Positions 37,316 through 49,978 of a stretch of 64,000 nt of DNA are shown piece by piece. Origin of the DNA: Batkoa obscura (Eukaryota); the NCBI GenBank assembly GCA_030770535.1, contig JASVEC010000014.1, positions 310,001-374,000 on the forward strand, read 5' to 3'. The notes beneath the pieces are model-generated. The model made no database searches. It was not told the DNA's origin and worked only from the letters and a program-made list of their open reading frames with translations. The first letter of the stretch is position 1. The number at the start of each line of letters is the position of its first letter. The translations under genes were made by a program, and so were the position numbers.

Positions 37316-38544
37316 TTACTTATTTTCGTTATCATCTAATAATTCTTTAACTTCCCATTGATTAGGTTTACCGCCAATATAAAATTCCAAATCTTCTTTA
37401 GTAATTGAATCCCAATATTTATACAACATCATTACAGAAACCATTGTACATAAAGATTCAAAAAACAAGCCATCAAAATAATGATCAGCTAAATTACAGA
37501 TCTTATTACTTAATAATAATAATAGTACTTGTCCAAGTACAAATGCAAATCCAGATAATGTAATAGAACCTATCAAGAAAAAGATCAACTATTAATTGTT
37601 TGTGTAGTAGAAATAAGATTAAACTTACCAATTGGCCAACGATCATCTAAAGTTTTGAATACTAAAACTAATTGAGTGATATAATAAATCAATAATAATA
37701 CACCATTAAATAAAATATGAATTGAAAATAAAGGTAATGTAAATCTGCCATTTAAACCAGCAAAATTAATAAAGGTAGCAACAGCTACAAATCCACTACC
37801 TAAAAAGACTCCTAATGAAGTTAAACGAATACTCTAAATTATTAATAATAATTAGTATCTTATATAAGATATTAATTGTTTGGGGAAGAACTTACCCATA
37901 AAGACAATGCAGTACCATCTTCAATAAACTGAAATCCAACAAAACCATTTAAAAATAATGACCAACAACAAGCTGTAATTAGACCTACATGAGCAGCTGC
38001 AAAGTACTAAAATGGGGGAAATTAATTAATCCTTATTACTCTATATAATGATATATAGTTTCTCGAACTTACCGGATAAATCACATGATAAGTGGGTATA
38101 ATACCCGATAATAATACAAATTCAAAACAGACTTGTAACATATAAAGATAAAAAAATATCACCATTTCTTTACGACCTATAAAAGAGAAAAGCAACATTA
38201 GTTAGTAAATATATACTATAGTTGGTTAATTCCAAAACACTTACCAATAGCAGTATATTTAGTTTTAATAGAATAGATCATAAAGATACAAAGAATTAAA
38301 GTGACGACAAATACAATTAAAGCGGCTGATGGAATATAAAAAAATAGTTCATTAATCAAAATTAATATAACTTCTATTTCGATTTCCTCTCTTTTAACTT
38401 ACCAACTTCAAAAATAACAGCACTACCAAAACTCATGGAACGAGCATAACATGGTGGATATGAACCCAATTTATCCCCTAAATAAGGACATACCGATAAG
38501 GGTGATAAAGTACATAAATCTTGATAAGATCCAAAACTGGGCAT
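37316..38544 (-). CDS. CHS7: Chitin synthase export chaperone Chs7, multi-exon
   Basis: [44 protein letters not shown] and [18 protein letters not shown]. Confidence 0.93.
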
Positions 38545-38976
38545 TTTTTATATATTATTTTGTTTCTAATTTACAAAGATTTATAAAAAATAATAATCAA
38601 ATGGAGAATTAACTTTTAAGATTTAAACGGATAAAAATATTTCAATTGGGCCAATTTTATTTTAAAATTCTAAAAATATATTTCAATGTGGTGTTGACTA
38701 TTTTTGGTAATAAGATGATTTGTTTTTGAACCAATAATATTGAAATGTGTATAAGTTGTGATGTTGTGGTGAACACTTGGATTTGATAGATATGAATTTA
38801 ATTTAATTTAATTTAATTAAAACAATTATGAAAAAAATGAACAAAGAGTAAACAAAATATTCTCATTCAAAAAAAACAACTAATTTTATTTATATAAAAA
38901 ATAATAAATTAATACTATTCTCGCTTTATCCCTGATAACAACATTTCTAGTTGATTAAACTAACTTTTAATCTAAT

Positions 38977-40154
38977 TTAAGCATAATAATATCCATTTTC
39001 TTTAATTCTTTTCTTACTATTTTTAACAAATGGGTTAATAAATGAGTTTTCATTACTTGAGCTATTAATAGATTCATTATCATTCATTTCATTTAAATAA
39101 TTCACTGTATTTGGTCGTACTCGACTTGATTTGTTATTTCCATTATTATTCATATTTGAACTGTTACTTTGATTATTAGAATTATTGTTATCTAATTGTC
39201 TTTTCATCATTAATAATTCTTGATAAGTTTCTTCTAATTTTATTTGTTTTTTTTGTAATTCCAGTTCATATCTTTTTTCCATCTGTTTACAATGACTAAT
39301 TTGCAAAAGTTATTAATAAAAGAACAAAACTATTAATAAAGATACTTTAAAATACTTACTTTAAAGCTTCCTGCTTCATTTTTTCTGATGCTAAAAATAA
39401 GTCCCATTTTTTATCATTAGAGCACTTGGAAAAGGTATTATAAAATTCAATTTGATTACTCATTAATTGTGTCTCTTCGTTGAATTTTAGTATGGTATCT
39501 AAATATTGCAAATAGTCTAATTTTAGTTTAACACTTTGATTATAATGTTTTAATTTCTTCATTTCTAATTTTAATTTTTCTTTCTCTATTTTCTCTTTTT
39601 CTAGATATACAATACGTTCTTGATGGTGAATTAGTTGTTGTAAGAGATCATTATGATCACGTTCTTGTATCATAGAGTACGACTTTAATTTATTATTTTC
39701 TGCTATTAATTGATTATTCCTTTGAGTTAGTTGATTCAATAAATCCAAATTATCATTAATTTCATTATTATTATTATCTTCATTATTTTGACTCCAATCA
39801 GCGAAGATTGTAATTATACTATTTTTAATGATTTCTTTATTGCATATTGGACATTGTTTACTTCGTGTGGTAGTTTCGAGCCATTTGGCAATGCTATTAG
39901 AGAAAATAAATGTTAAATTTAAATTTTATTAAAATACCAAATAATAACTTACCAAGAAGTATGAAATAGATGACCACCTAAATAATTAATTTTATAAAAA
40001 AACTTTTATTATTATTATTATAAGACTTACAAGTAGTTGCTGATACTTTCGAACTACCATCTTGATTTAATACTAATTGATGATTTTGACTATATTCACT
40101 ATCTATAGGTGAACTTTTGCCTAAATTTTCCGTACAAATAGCACATTGCATCAT
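38977..40154 (-). CDS. RING-H2 plus coiled-coil protein, paralog C, 4 exons
   Basis: MMQCAIC...TTC|GHLFHTSC|IAKW...CPICN; 25-nt exon at 39953-39977. Confidence 0.82.
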
Positions 40155-40339
40155 AATTAAAATAAATATACTCGCTTTTGAATTAAAAAAAGTAAATTAA
40201 CAAAAATAAAAGTTTGGAATTTTAAAATGTAAAACTTGACTATCAATTTAGAATCCAAATACTCAGGAAAAATAAAAACTAAGCAAATCAATTTAAATAT
40301 TTCGAAAAATTCAAATATATAAAATATACAATTATTCAT

Positions 40340-41339
40340 TTATTCAATATAAAAAGTTTGGTATATCCCTCCATTTACACCGTTGTTTTGTTGATTAATC
40401 AACAGCTGATATCTATTCAATCTATTCTGTTTATAAAAATAAAATAGAATAATAAATGTAGCTAGAATGATCAAAACTAACTCATAAATAAAAATAGAGC
40501 CAAGTATATGTACTAACATTCTCCAATTTTTTCTAATTAATTGTTGAATAGGTGATTTACATCCTTGTGAGTAACGATATTGTATATGACAATATAAGGG
40601 TATGGGGCGATCAAATACGTTTTCATAACCGCAGCAGGAGAGCTAAAGGGTGAGAATAGGAGAGGTTAGATTAAATCTTAATAAAAGATAAAATGAAGTC
40701 TACCCTGTTTTCAAGTTCAAGGATAATTGGATTATCACGTTGATATAAATAATTCCATAATTTATCTAGTATATTATTATCCTATAAAAAGTATTAAAAA
40801 TTAAATTAAGTAAAAATAACCGAATCTGTTTCTTTTTACCTGATAAAACCAAACTATAATCACTAAATAAAAAAAAAAGGTAAATTAATACCTCATTGAT
40901 AATAATTACTAACTAAAGTTGCTTACCTAATTGTATGAATATTAACAGATTTAAACTAATAATATAGCCAAATAATAAAGATTTATCTTCTTTTTTGACA
41001 CTATAAATGCCAATAAAACTTAATACTAATAAAGCTACTAATATCAATTGAAATATTAATATCACCGAATTATCTAAGCTTAAATTTTGGAATAAAGTTA
41101 ATGGTGCTATAAAGATATAGAAGATTAGTATCTAATTATATATGGGGATCGTGATAGATTATTACTCGTTACTAATAATGAAGTAAACATCCACTATTAT
41201 AAGGAGATGTTTAGTTTAATTTTGATATCATAAAGTAGAAATTGTAATTACTTACACAATTTAATAGGTTTAGTAAAATAAATCCATTTTTTAGAATGGA
41301 ATTAAGGCTTTGAAAGTATTGTAATAATAGTAAACTCAT
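40340..41339 (-). CDS. Tetraspanin-family protein, about 6 exons
   Basis: Four hydrophobic segments; SFIGIYS in TM2; LENRLSCCGY...YC...GCK extracellular loop; C-terminal YQTF. Absent from the ORF track. Confidence 0.78.
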
Positions 41340-41557
41340 TTGAATTTTTTAAACTAGAATAAAAAATGACTAAAATAAAAATCGGATAATTGAGAATAAA
41401 TAATTCATTTTTTATTAAAATTACAACCCCAATCAAAAAAAATAACTAGCAGAAATAAGCTCCGTTGAATGTCAATAAACGAATAAGATTCTTTTTGAAT
41501 AAAATACTTCAAAAAAACATCATCATACCAATCCAACATAGAAAACCTAGCAAAAAA

Positions 41558-42361
41558 ATGCATCAAATTGTCACCTTGATTTCCGGTCTATTATTAGGCT
41601 ACACATTACACTCAGTTATTAACTCATCCAAAGCCACATCTAGTAAAAAACAAAGAAAGCAAAAACAATCAGAGGAAACTGAAACTGAAACTGAAACTGA
41701 TAGTGAAGCCGAATTTGAATTAAATGAAGAAGACTCATCCGAGAGTTGTAAAATGGTGTTAGTAGTAAGAACGGATCTAGGTATGGGTAAAGGAAAAGTA
41801 GCTGCGCAGGTAAAAAGAGTCATAGAGATAAATAAATAGATAAGAGCCTTAATATAATAATTATTTAGTGCTCTCATGCCACCCTAGCTTGTTATAAAAA
41901 AGCAGTAAAATTGGGATCAAAGGTATTTTTTTGAATTAAACTTAAATTACGGCCGTTTTATTAATATTAATATTAATATTATTTCTTAGTCTTTAAAAAT
42001 TTGGGAATATCAAGGTCAACCAAAGATCACATTGAAATGTGATAGTGAAGAACAAATGTAAGTTTCAATTTTTTGTAATACTCTTTTATTATATATAGTT
42101 GGTTATATTTATATTTTATAAAAATTCTCAGGTTATTATTATTTGATAAAGCCAGTAAGTCTGGATTAATTTGTCAAGTTATTCGAGATGCTGGTAGAAC
42201 ACAAATTGCAGCTGGTTCACTTACAGTATTAGGGATAGGACCATGTAATTTATAGCCAAATATTTTTAATAATTTACTGTATTAATATTGAATATTTTTT
42301 ATCCTCTATAGCGCCTATTTCACAAATTGATCAAGTTACTGGGCATTTGAAATTGTATTAA
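41558..42361 (+). CDS. PTH2: Peptidyl-tRNA hydrolase 2
   Basis: N-terminal [42 protein letters not shown] and VTGHLKLY. Confidence 0.93.
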
Positions 42362-43022
42362 AATACGAAAAGTAAGTCAAAAAGCTGGTAAAATAAATCA
42401 AATAAAAGTATTTAAAAGCCAGATAAGCAATATCTCTTTTCGAATTTATTATATAAGGTATTATTTATATACATGCTAAATTTAGAATTAATTAATATTG
42501 ATTTTTAAAATATCAAAAAAAAGTAATATATTGCTATAGAAGGCTTCCAGCTTGAGCCTAATGAAGTATTACGCACCAGTGAAACTCATAATATATCTAT
42601 TTTTTATATAAATTTGTTACATCGTCCATTAATATTTTATGTATTAAGTTTAGTAATAATTCAATTATTGATTTTTGAGATATAGTCAAAACCTAGAAAT
42701 GTTGGCATATTGGAACCATTTTTATTAAGAGTCGAAAACTAAACTAGTAACAAACTTTTTGTTAATAATGCCCTTTTTCTTTAACTATATCTTAAAAATG
42801 AGTTAATAGATATGAAATTTCACATATGTTTTATTTTGAGTAATAAATCAGATTCGTACAAAAATATTCGAGTTACTCTTCCTTTAATCCCTCCATTCTA
42901 AACTTTTTTGTCATCTCTTCATAAAATAAAACAATGAGAATAATTCTTTTTAATCCCATAATTTTTAAGTTGAATTTTATGAACATTCAAAAAATACGAA
43001 TTTTATTTTTTAACTAAAAAAA

Positions 43023-43475
43023 ATGTCACTCATCAACAATTTAAAATCAGTGCTCACCAAATCTATCTCAACACCTTTGCGTTCAATTATCACTCCCCTT
43101 ACAACTGTCAAATCCAATTATTCTACCTTTCCAGTCGATGATAGCCAATCTCAATTATTCTACAATACTCCAGATTATAAACAACACAAATACAGTGGAC
43201 GTTCAGTGATTACCACCGATGATCCAATGCGTGCTTATTATCGCTTAAATGGTATTTTGAAAAATAACAATGTTAGAAAACAGTTAGTTCGCCATAGATA
43301 TTATGAAAAACCATGTTTAAAAAGAAGAAGATTGGTGATGGAATCTAACCGTAGGAGGTTTAAGGAAGTTGTTGCTAGAAAAGTAGCTATGGTTATGCAG
43401 TTAAAGAATAGGTAAGAAAAGCTTTGTTTACTAAAAAGTAATTTTTTTAACATGTTTTTTTGTAGAGGGGTTTAA
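43023..43475 (+). CDS. MRP21: Mitochondrial ribosomal protein bS21m
   Basis: Presequence-like N-terminus; GRSV and RYYEKPCLKRRRL...RRFKEVV; 3' intron, then RGV stop. Confidence 0.82.
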
Positions 43476-43646
43476 ATTGGAAATGAAAAGAATCAAAAAG
43501 GATTAGATTAAAATTATTTTTATTTGAAAATAAAGGATAAGATATAAAATAAGAACTTAATTGTTATTTACATGTTATAATATTGATTTATAGAATTATT
43601 GTGTTACTATTAGGCTTTAAATATGATAATTAAATTTTGAACATTT

Positions 43647-43744
43647 GGAGATGTATTTTTGTGTTTAAGAATTTTACTAACAAATTTTCCGCTTAAATGG
43701 CGCTTAAAAAATGGAAAAAATAATGAAGTCAAAAAAACACTCTC
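43647..43744 (+). mobile_element. ~95-bp MITE, copy 11
   Basis: ATTT/ATTT flanks. Confidence 0.88.
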
Positions 43745-44404
43745 ATTTGTTTAGCAATAAAACTCTGATTTTTGATAAATTATTCTATTCATAAAAGAGA
43801 CATCAGTTAATATCGTTTGAAAGAAGCTTTTGCTAACAATTTAAAGTTTGGGATTCAATAAAACTGTTCAATCTTATTTGTAATAGTATCCCAACTAAGA
43901 CTTATATACTTTCATAAATTGTATTTATTAAGTGATAAAAATAAATTTTTTAATTTTGTTGAAGCATTTAGTGATTTAATTTTGTATTTTAAGCTACTCT
44001 AAAAGTAAACAAAATACTGGTATGAAATCAACTCTTCAAACTGCCTTTTTCAAGTAATGTCTATTTTTAAACTTTGATGGAAAAGTTTCTCATTTTAATA
44101 ACGTTTGTAACTTAATGGGGCTGGATCTATGTCTTTGCTTATAATTTAATTAGCTTAATTTCTATTTATTTTTTGACTTGGCTTGAAATTTAATAAAATC
44201 GAAATTCTAAATATGCTTTATCAAAAATAGAAATAGCAGCATAATAAAAATAATATCATAATTTAATAAAAGCACAAAAAATAGCAAAAGGATAATAAGA
44301 CTAAGTTAAACTATGAAAAAACTTTTTTATTTTTTATATTTTTAAAAAATAAATATATAAACTACACACAATAAACTATAAAAACACATATGTAAACAAT
44401 ACAC

Positions 44405-45646
44405 TTAGGGAAACATAGAAAGATAAAGATAAGAGTCATTTATCAATTGATTATAATCTTGTGCTTCTTTCTTATTATCTAATTCCTTCTTATTAACTTT
44501 ATCATTGCCCTCCTTTAGCTTATGATTATTTAAGGTAGTATCATCTAATAAATTAAAATTGATAGTATCATTAATAATCAATGATTCAGTAGAAGAAGAG
44601 AGGGAAAGTGATGAATTTGATTTAACTGTATTAACATTAGTGGTAGTTAAGGTAACATTAGAGGAGTAAGAAGCTTCAGATATAAGAGAAGAATTAGAGC
44701 AAATGGAAGTTAAACTGTCTACATCTTCGTCCAATTCTTCTTGATTATAAACAAAGATATTGGTATTTTCAACTAATTGAATTAAGTTATCTAATTCAAT
44801 TCTGGAATCTGGATTAATCTTTAATAAAGATAAAGCGATTTTTAAACCCAGTTTTGATAATGGAAATAAATGTAATAAGAAATTAGGATTATGGACGAAT
44901 TCAATAAAATTAATATCATTATAGTTGGCCGATTCCCATGGATTTTTACCACAACATAAATTTAAAAATAAGATTCCTAAAGACCATTTGTCTGCTTGAA
45001 TACAGTTATATTTAGGATAATGTTTATAAATTTGATTTTGTTGTTGAATTTCAGGTGCCATATAATAGCCTGAACCACAGTTATACTGTTGAGAGTAAGG
45101 AAAATTAGTAGATAAACCGAAATCAGCTAATTTGATTTCGTTTTTACTAGTTAATAAGATGTTTTCTGGTTTAATATCTCGATGATAAATACCATTTAAA
45201 TGACAATATTGAACTGCTTTAAGAATATCTAAAAATTGAGTTTTAATTGAAAGATTGAATAAAATCCAATCTTTTGGATAAAAATAGTTAGGCTGTGTCA
45301 AATGATCATATAAATCCCCACCATCACAATACTCTAATGCCATTAAGATTTGTTCTTCATTTAATTCAATACTGAATTTTAGTTTGATAATATTATCATG
45401 ATGTAGTTTTTGATGCAGGGATAATTCATTTGACATTGTATTATTCCTTCTAATAGTATCTGGTTGATTTTTATAAATGATTTTAATTGCATAATATTCA
45501 ATGGGTCCATCCATACGTTTAGCTAAATATACTGGCCCACATACTCCACGTCCTAATATCTTTATTATACTTAAGGTAGGCGATAGTAAATTATTTTTAC
45601 CAAGGATTGGTTTACTTGATAAGATGGCGCCTATTTTAATTTGCAT
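44405..45646 (-). CDS. Ser/Thr kinase, Ran1/Pat1 (Sks1/Vhs1)-like
   Basis: YHRDIKPENILL, KLADFGLST, CGSGYYMAPE, WSLGILFLNLCCGKNPW. Confidence 0.88.
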   Translation of the reverse strand: MQIKIGAILSSKPILGKNNLLSPTLSIIKILGRGVCGPVYLAKRMDGPIEYYAIKIIYKNQPDTIRRNNTMSNELSLHQKLHHDNIIKLKFSIELNEEQILMALEYCDGGDLYDHLTQPNYFYPKDWILFNLSIKTQFLDILKAVQYCHLNGIYHRDIKPENILLTSKNEIKLADFGLSTNFPYSQQYNCGSGYYMAPEIQQQNQIYKHYPKYNCIQADKWSLGILFLNLCCGKNPWESANYNDINFIEFVHNPNFLLHLFPLSKLGLKIALSLLKINPDSRIELDNLIQLVENTNIFVYNQEELDEDVDSLTSICSNSSLISEASYSSNVTLTTTNVNTVKSNSSLSLSSSTESLIINDTINFNLLDDTTLNNHKLKEGNDKVNKKELDNKKEAQDYNQLINDSYLYLSMFP

Positions 45647-47079
45647 ACTAATTTAATTTATCCTATGTTTAATGAAGGCCTTTTATTCTTATATAAAATA
45701 GATTTAATAATCTTAAATTGAATTCTCGTGGTTCTTTATATACTGTAAATATTACGGCTAGTTAGAAACTTATGTTTTAATCACCACACTGTGTTTTGTT
45801 GAGGTTTAAATTAGATTTGAACGTTAATCAATTGTAATCTTGGTTTAATTTTAGGTTTACTTTTTTCTTACGTAAATTCTGTGATTGAAATAACTGCTAA
45901 AGATTTGATAGATTTGAGTAAATGAAATTTAACTTAAAATTTGATCTAATAGAATGAAAATTGAATTCAAAAGGGTAAGTAAAATCAACAATAAACGATA
46001 TCCGTTAATGAATTAATAGTAATAACTCTTTTTTTTTCAGAGAATAAAAACTCAAAATCAATCTTTTATTGTTATTTATACCTTTTTATTAAAGATTCTA
46101 ATAATAAAAGGATGTTTCAAATCATTATTTAAATTAATATTATTTTGATAAGTTTATTCTAAGTTCAACTAATAATTACAAATAATAATAAAAAATGAAG
46201 CTCAATTTAAGCCTTTAAATCAAATTTATTCCCTACATCGCCAAGTTATCTGAGACTAAAGTAAGTTTTATATTATGCCAGGACTATTATGCTATTTACA
46301 AAATAAGAGTTTTTATATAACTTAGGTCATTATTAGCTTCAATTACTTTATATATATCAATTAGGTATTAGATAGGTATTTAAAAAGTAATAAATAAATA
46401 AATCAGTTTTGAATAAACTATAAAAAAATTTCAAGTGGTGACACTAATAATTTATAATAATCTTTTATTTCACTATTTAACTAGAATTTTAACATCGGAG
46501 TTGCCGTGGTCATTAGACTAGCGTTTATGTTACTGCTCTTGAAGAATAAGTGCAACTCAAATGTTTTAATTGTTACTGAAATTGCGAAGGTTTAATTATA
46601 ATGTTTGATTTAATTTTACCTTTAATTATTCAAATAATTTATCCACCGCCTTAATTTCAGTGATAAATTAAGGTCAAATTAACTCGAATATCATAATTAG
46701 AGTATTTAAACTCCAATATTTTTCATAATATTAGAATTGAATATTATATATAATTACACAAAATAACACCATCATTTATATGATTACTTAATAAAATATG
46801 ATTAAGTATAAATAGATTTTAATGTATTATATTATTTAATCAAAATTATTATATAAGAGATAAATTAATCTTATTTGGGAACATTCCAAACTAGCAACTT
46901 TTTAGAAATTTCAGTAACCTCGGAAAAATTATTTACTGAAATTTTAATAAATTTAATATTAAGAACAATTTAAAAAGAATGAGAAAATTATAGTTAAAAA
47001 ATAACTAAAATTCCAAACTTTGGTATCATAAAAAATGGGATAGGATGAATAAAATGATCATAATATTTATCACCAAACT

Positions 47080-48145
47080 CTTGCATATACAAAGCATAAC
47101 CTCTGAATCTATCTTTCTTCTAAACAGACAGATAAAAAATAAAGGATCCAAGCAACTCAGTTACTTAACGTTGTATCAATCCCATCCTCAAGTTTCATTT
47201 AAACTAGGTATAAGTTTCTCAATTCAATGTCATTACATTAATTAAATGAACTAATATATCTATACTAAAGAAACTTTTTATTACAAACTTCGCCTATCCG
47301 CCTTCCGTATTTCTAAATAGAGGATCTAAGTAACACTGCTATTCAACGCAACCATTAAATTTTATGTATAATTAGTTATACATTTATAGTTATACGTATA
47401 ATTATACATGAATTTTATAACTACATAATAAAGCAACTCTATATTTATCCTTATGTCTTATATATTTAAGATGCAACCTTTAGGATCTTGCATGTAATCA
47501 AATAAGTATTATAAAAAAGGTAATGCAACTCAGTTATTTAACGATACATCAACGCCATTATTCGATTTCATTTAAACTAAATATAAATCTTTAATTGAAT
47601 GTTGTAACATTATTTAATGAACTAATATATATATATATTAATAAAACTTTATATTATAATCTTCATCTGTGCACCTTCTATGTGTCTAAACAAAGAATCT
47701 AAGCAACTTTGTTACTCAACGTTGCATCAACGCAACTATTAAATTTATTTTAAGTTCAATTTAATTTATGTATAAAATTCTAAACAAATTCTATAGCTAT
47801 TTGATAAAGCAACTTTATTTTTGTTCTCAAATTTCACATATATAATATGCAACCTTTGGGCATCTTCCATGCAATTAAACAAAGGATATGAGTAAACAAT
47901 CTAATGTAACACTGTTATTCAACGTTGCATCAACGCCATCATCTAATTTAATTTAAACTATATATAGTATTTTTCTCAATATTATGAATCGATTACCCAA
48001 GTAATGTTATTTTCATTACTTCCACTCGAATTGTAAGTCCCCATCCGTTCACCTTCTATACAACTAAATAAAGAATATATAAAAATTGAAAACATCGTTA
48101 CTTAACGCTTCAGTCAACGCCATTCTCCGATTTTCATTTAGTCTA
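47080..48145. repeat. Degenerate tandem array, ~185-bp monomer and ~375-bp dimer, about 6 monomers
   Basis: Core GYAAC...GTTAYTYAACG...CATCAACGC recurs at 47152, 47330, 47525, 47703, 47906 and about 48089. Confidence 0.85.
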
Positions 48146-48859
48146 AATATGGAAGTTAAAAGTTAAAAATAAAGGATCAGCTTAATGACCAGCTTCAGTT
48201 CACTTTTAGTAACAAGGAAAAGGGTTTCCTTTCTATTATTTAATTGTCGGTAGTGTGGGGAAGTCAATAATGATTTTTTTTGAAAAATGATCTATTTTAA
48301 GGGGTTAGTGGAACAAATTAAGTTTTTTTAAAAAAATATGGGATGAGGATTTTAGGAGGGTGGAAATTATGTATTTTTTACACATTTTTTATTCCTAGTT
48401 TAATTAGTTTTAGTTTAAGGCTTTACTATTGCTTGTTTATTTATTTGTTTATTCAGAAGACTATTAATTATATTATTTTTTATTAATATATACATTTTTT
48501 AATTTTTAGCATTTATTTTATTTAATAAATTGGATAATATATTATCATTAATTACGGTTACTAATATTATTTTGAAATTGATACTTTCTTTTTGGTTAAT
48601 GAGTTTTAACCGAGTATTTTTAGTATGTTTTTCGGGTAACATAATTCAAGTTTAAACTTTATATGGGCTGGCTAAACCTGTTTAAAGTCTTTGCCTAAAC
48701 TCATTTTGCTTTTTAAGGTTCCTAAGTATTCTTAGGATTATGATTTAATTGGTTAGTTTGAGAATAGTTTTAAAAATAAAAAAATACGAATTTGTAAACA
48801 AAATTTTAAATTTTTATTAGGCTCATTATCAAACTAATTTTATAACAAAAGTCATATTT

Positions 48860-49978
48860 TTAAGCTTGTGGAAGAGATTCATAAAGATCATGCATGGCAA
48901 ACACTTCACCAAAATGTTGATTTAAGGATGCATCCTTTTTACTAGCTTTTTCGTTGGTCAACATTTCTTTAAAGTAAATACTTGTTGGTTTAAAGCTTTC
49001 TGAAAGGTAACTATCAGGAGTAGAATTGAAAGACGATAAATCGTGTTCCAAACTTGGTAAAGAAATAGAAATTGGCTCAGAAACACTATAAACGGAAAGC
49101 TCTTCATCTTCTTCAAAGAGGGTAGAAAACCATTCTTTGAATTTTTTTAGTGAGACTCTTGAAGACTCTTCACAAAATACTCGGTTAGCAAGGAAGTCAG
49201 CGATTTCATAGGAACAATCAAGTTTTTCAATTAAATAATTTACTGGATCCGAATTAAATCTTGCAAATTTACTACATTGATCAATATTTGCTTCGCTCCA
49301 AGGAAGTGTACGATAAACCATATTAATAAAAATTAAACCTAAAGACCAAACATCTGCAGCATCAGCTAAATATGTATTGTTTTCTTCATTATTGCATTCA
49401 TAAGACATATAAGCTTTGGTACCACAATAAAATTCCTCAGAGATATCATCGAATGTTGCCAATCCAAAGTCGCCTAACTTGACTGTTCCATCCTTAAGTA
49501 AAAGTACATTTTCGGGTTTAAGATCACGATGGTAGACATTGTTGTTGTGCATGTATTGTGCAGCTTCCAAGATCTGTTCAAAACGATTTTTAGCATTCAA
49601 AAGACGATCGGTTTCACTAGTAGAGTCAACATCGATTTTAAGGATCCAACTAAATAAATCAGAACCTTCACAGTATTCAAGAACCAAGAAGAGCCAGTCA
49701 TTGGTTTCGAAATGAGAATAAAGTTTTACAATGTTTTGATGGTTACCCAATTGTTTCATAGCAAGTACCTCATCGAATTGAATGTCTTGCATTTCAGGTG
49801 TCAAGTTAAGTTTAGATAAACATTTGAGGGCGTATAAGAGACCAGTGGATAAATCCTTTACTAAGTAAACGATAGAGTAAGTACCATGTCCAAGGACTTC
49901 GATAATCTTATAACTGGTCGATTCGTTAGAAATAACAGTTTCTAATGAAAATGGTAAGTTGATTGATTCTTTGGTCAT
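48860..49978 (-). CDS. Ser/Thr kinase, Ran1/Ksp1-like
   Basis: LGHGTYSIVY, YALKCLSK, YHRDLKPENVLL, KLGDFGLAT, CGTKAYMSYEC, DVWSLG. Confidence 0.88.
   Translation of the reverse strand: MTKESINLPFSLETVISNESTSYKIIEVLGHGTYSIVYLVKDLSTGLLYALKCLSKLNLTPEMQDIQFDEVLAMKQLGNHQNIVKLYSHFETNDWLFLVLEYCEGSDLFSWILKIDVDSTSETDRLLNAKNRFEQILEAAQYMHNNNVYHRDLKPENVLLLKDGTVKLGDFGLATFDDISEEFYCGTKAYMSYECNNEENNTYLADAADVWSLGLIFINMVYRTLPWSEANIDQCSKFARFNSDPVNYLIEKLDCSYEIADFLANRVFCEESSRVSLKKFKEWFSTLFEEDEELSVYSVSEPISISLPSLEHDLSSFNSTPDSYLSESFKPTSIYFKEMLTNEKASKKDASLNQHFGEVFAMHDLYESLPQA

Noticed and set aside
47080..48145. CRISPR-like interpretation of the tandem array
   Set aside because: Eukaryotic context, spacers of about 150 bp that are homologous to each other, degenerate repeats and no cas genes
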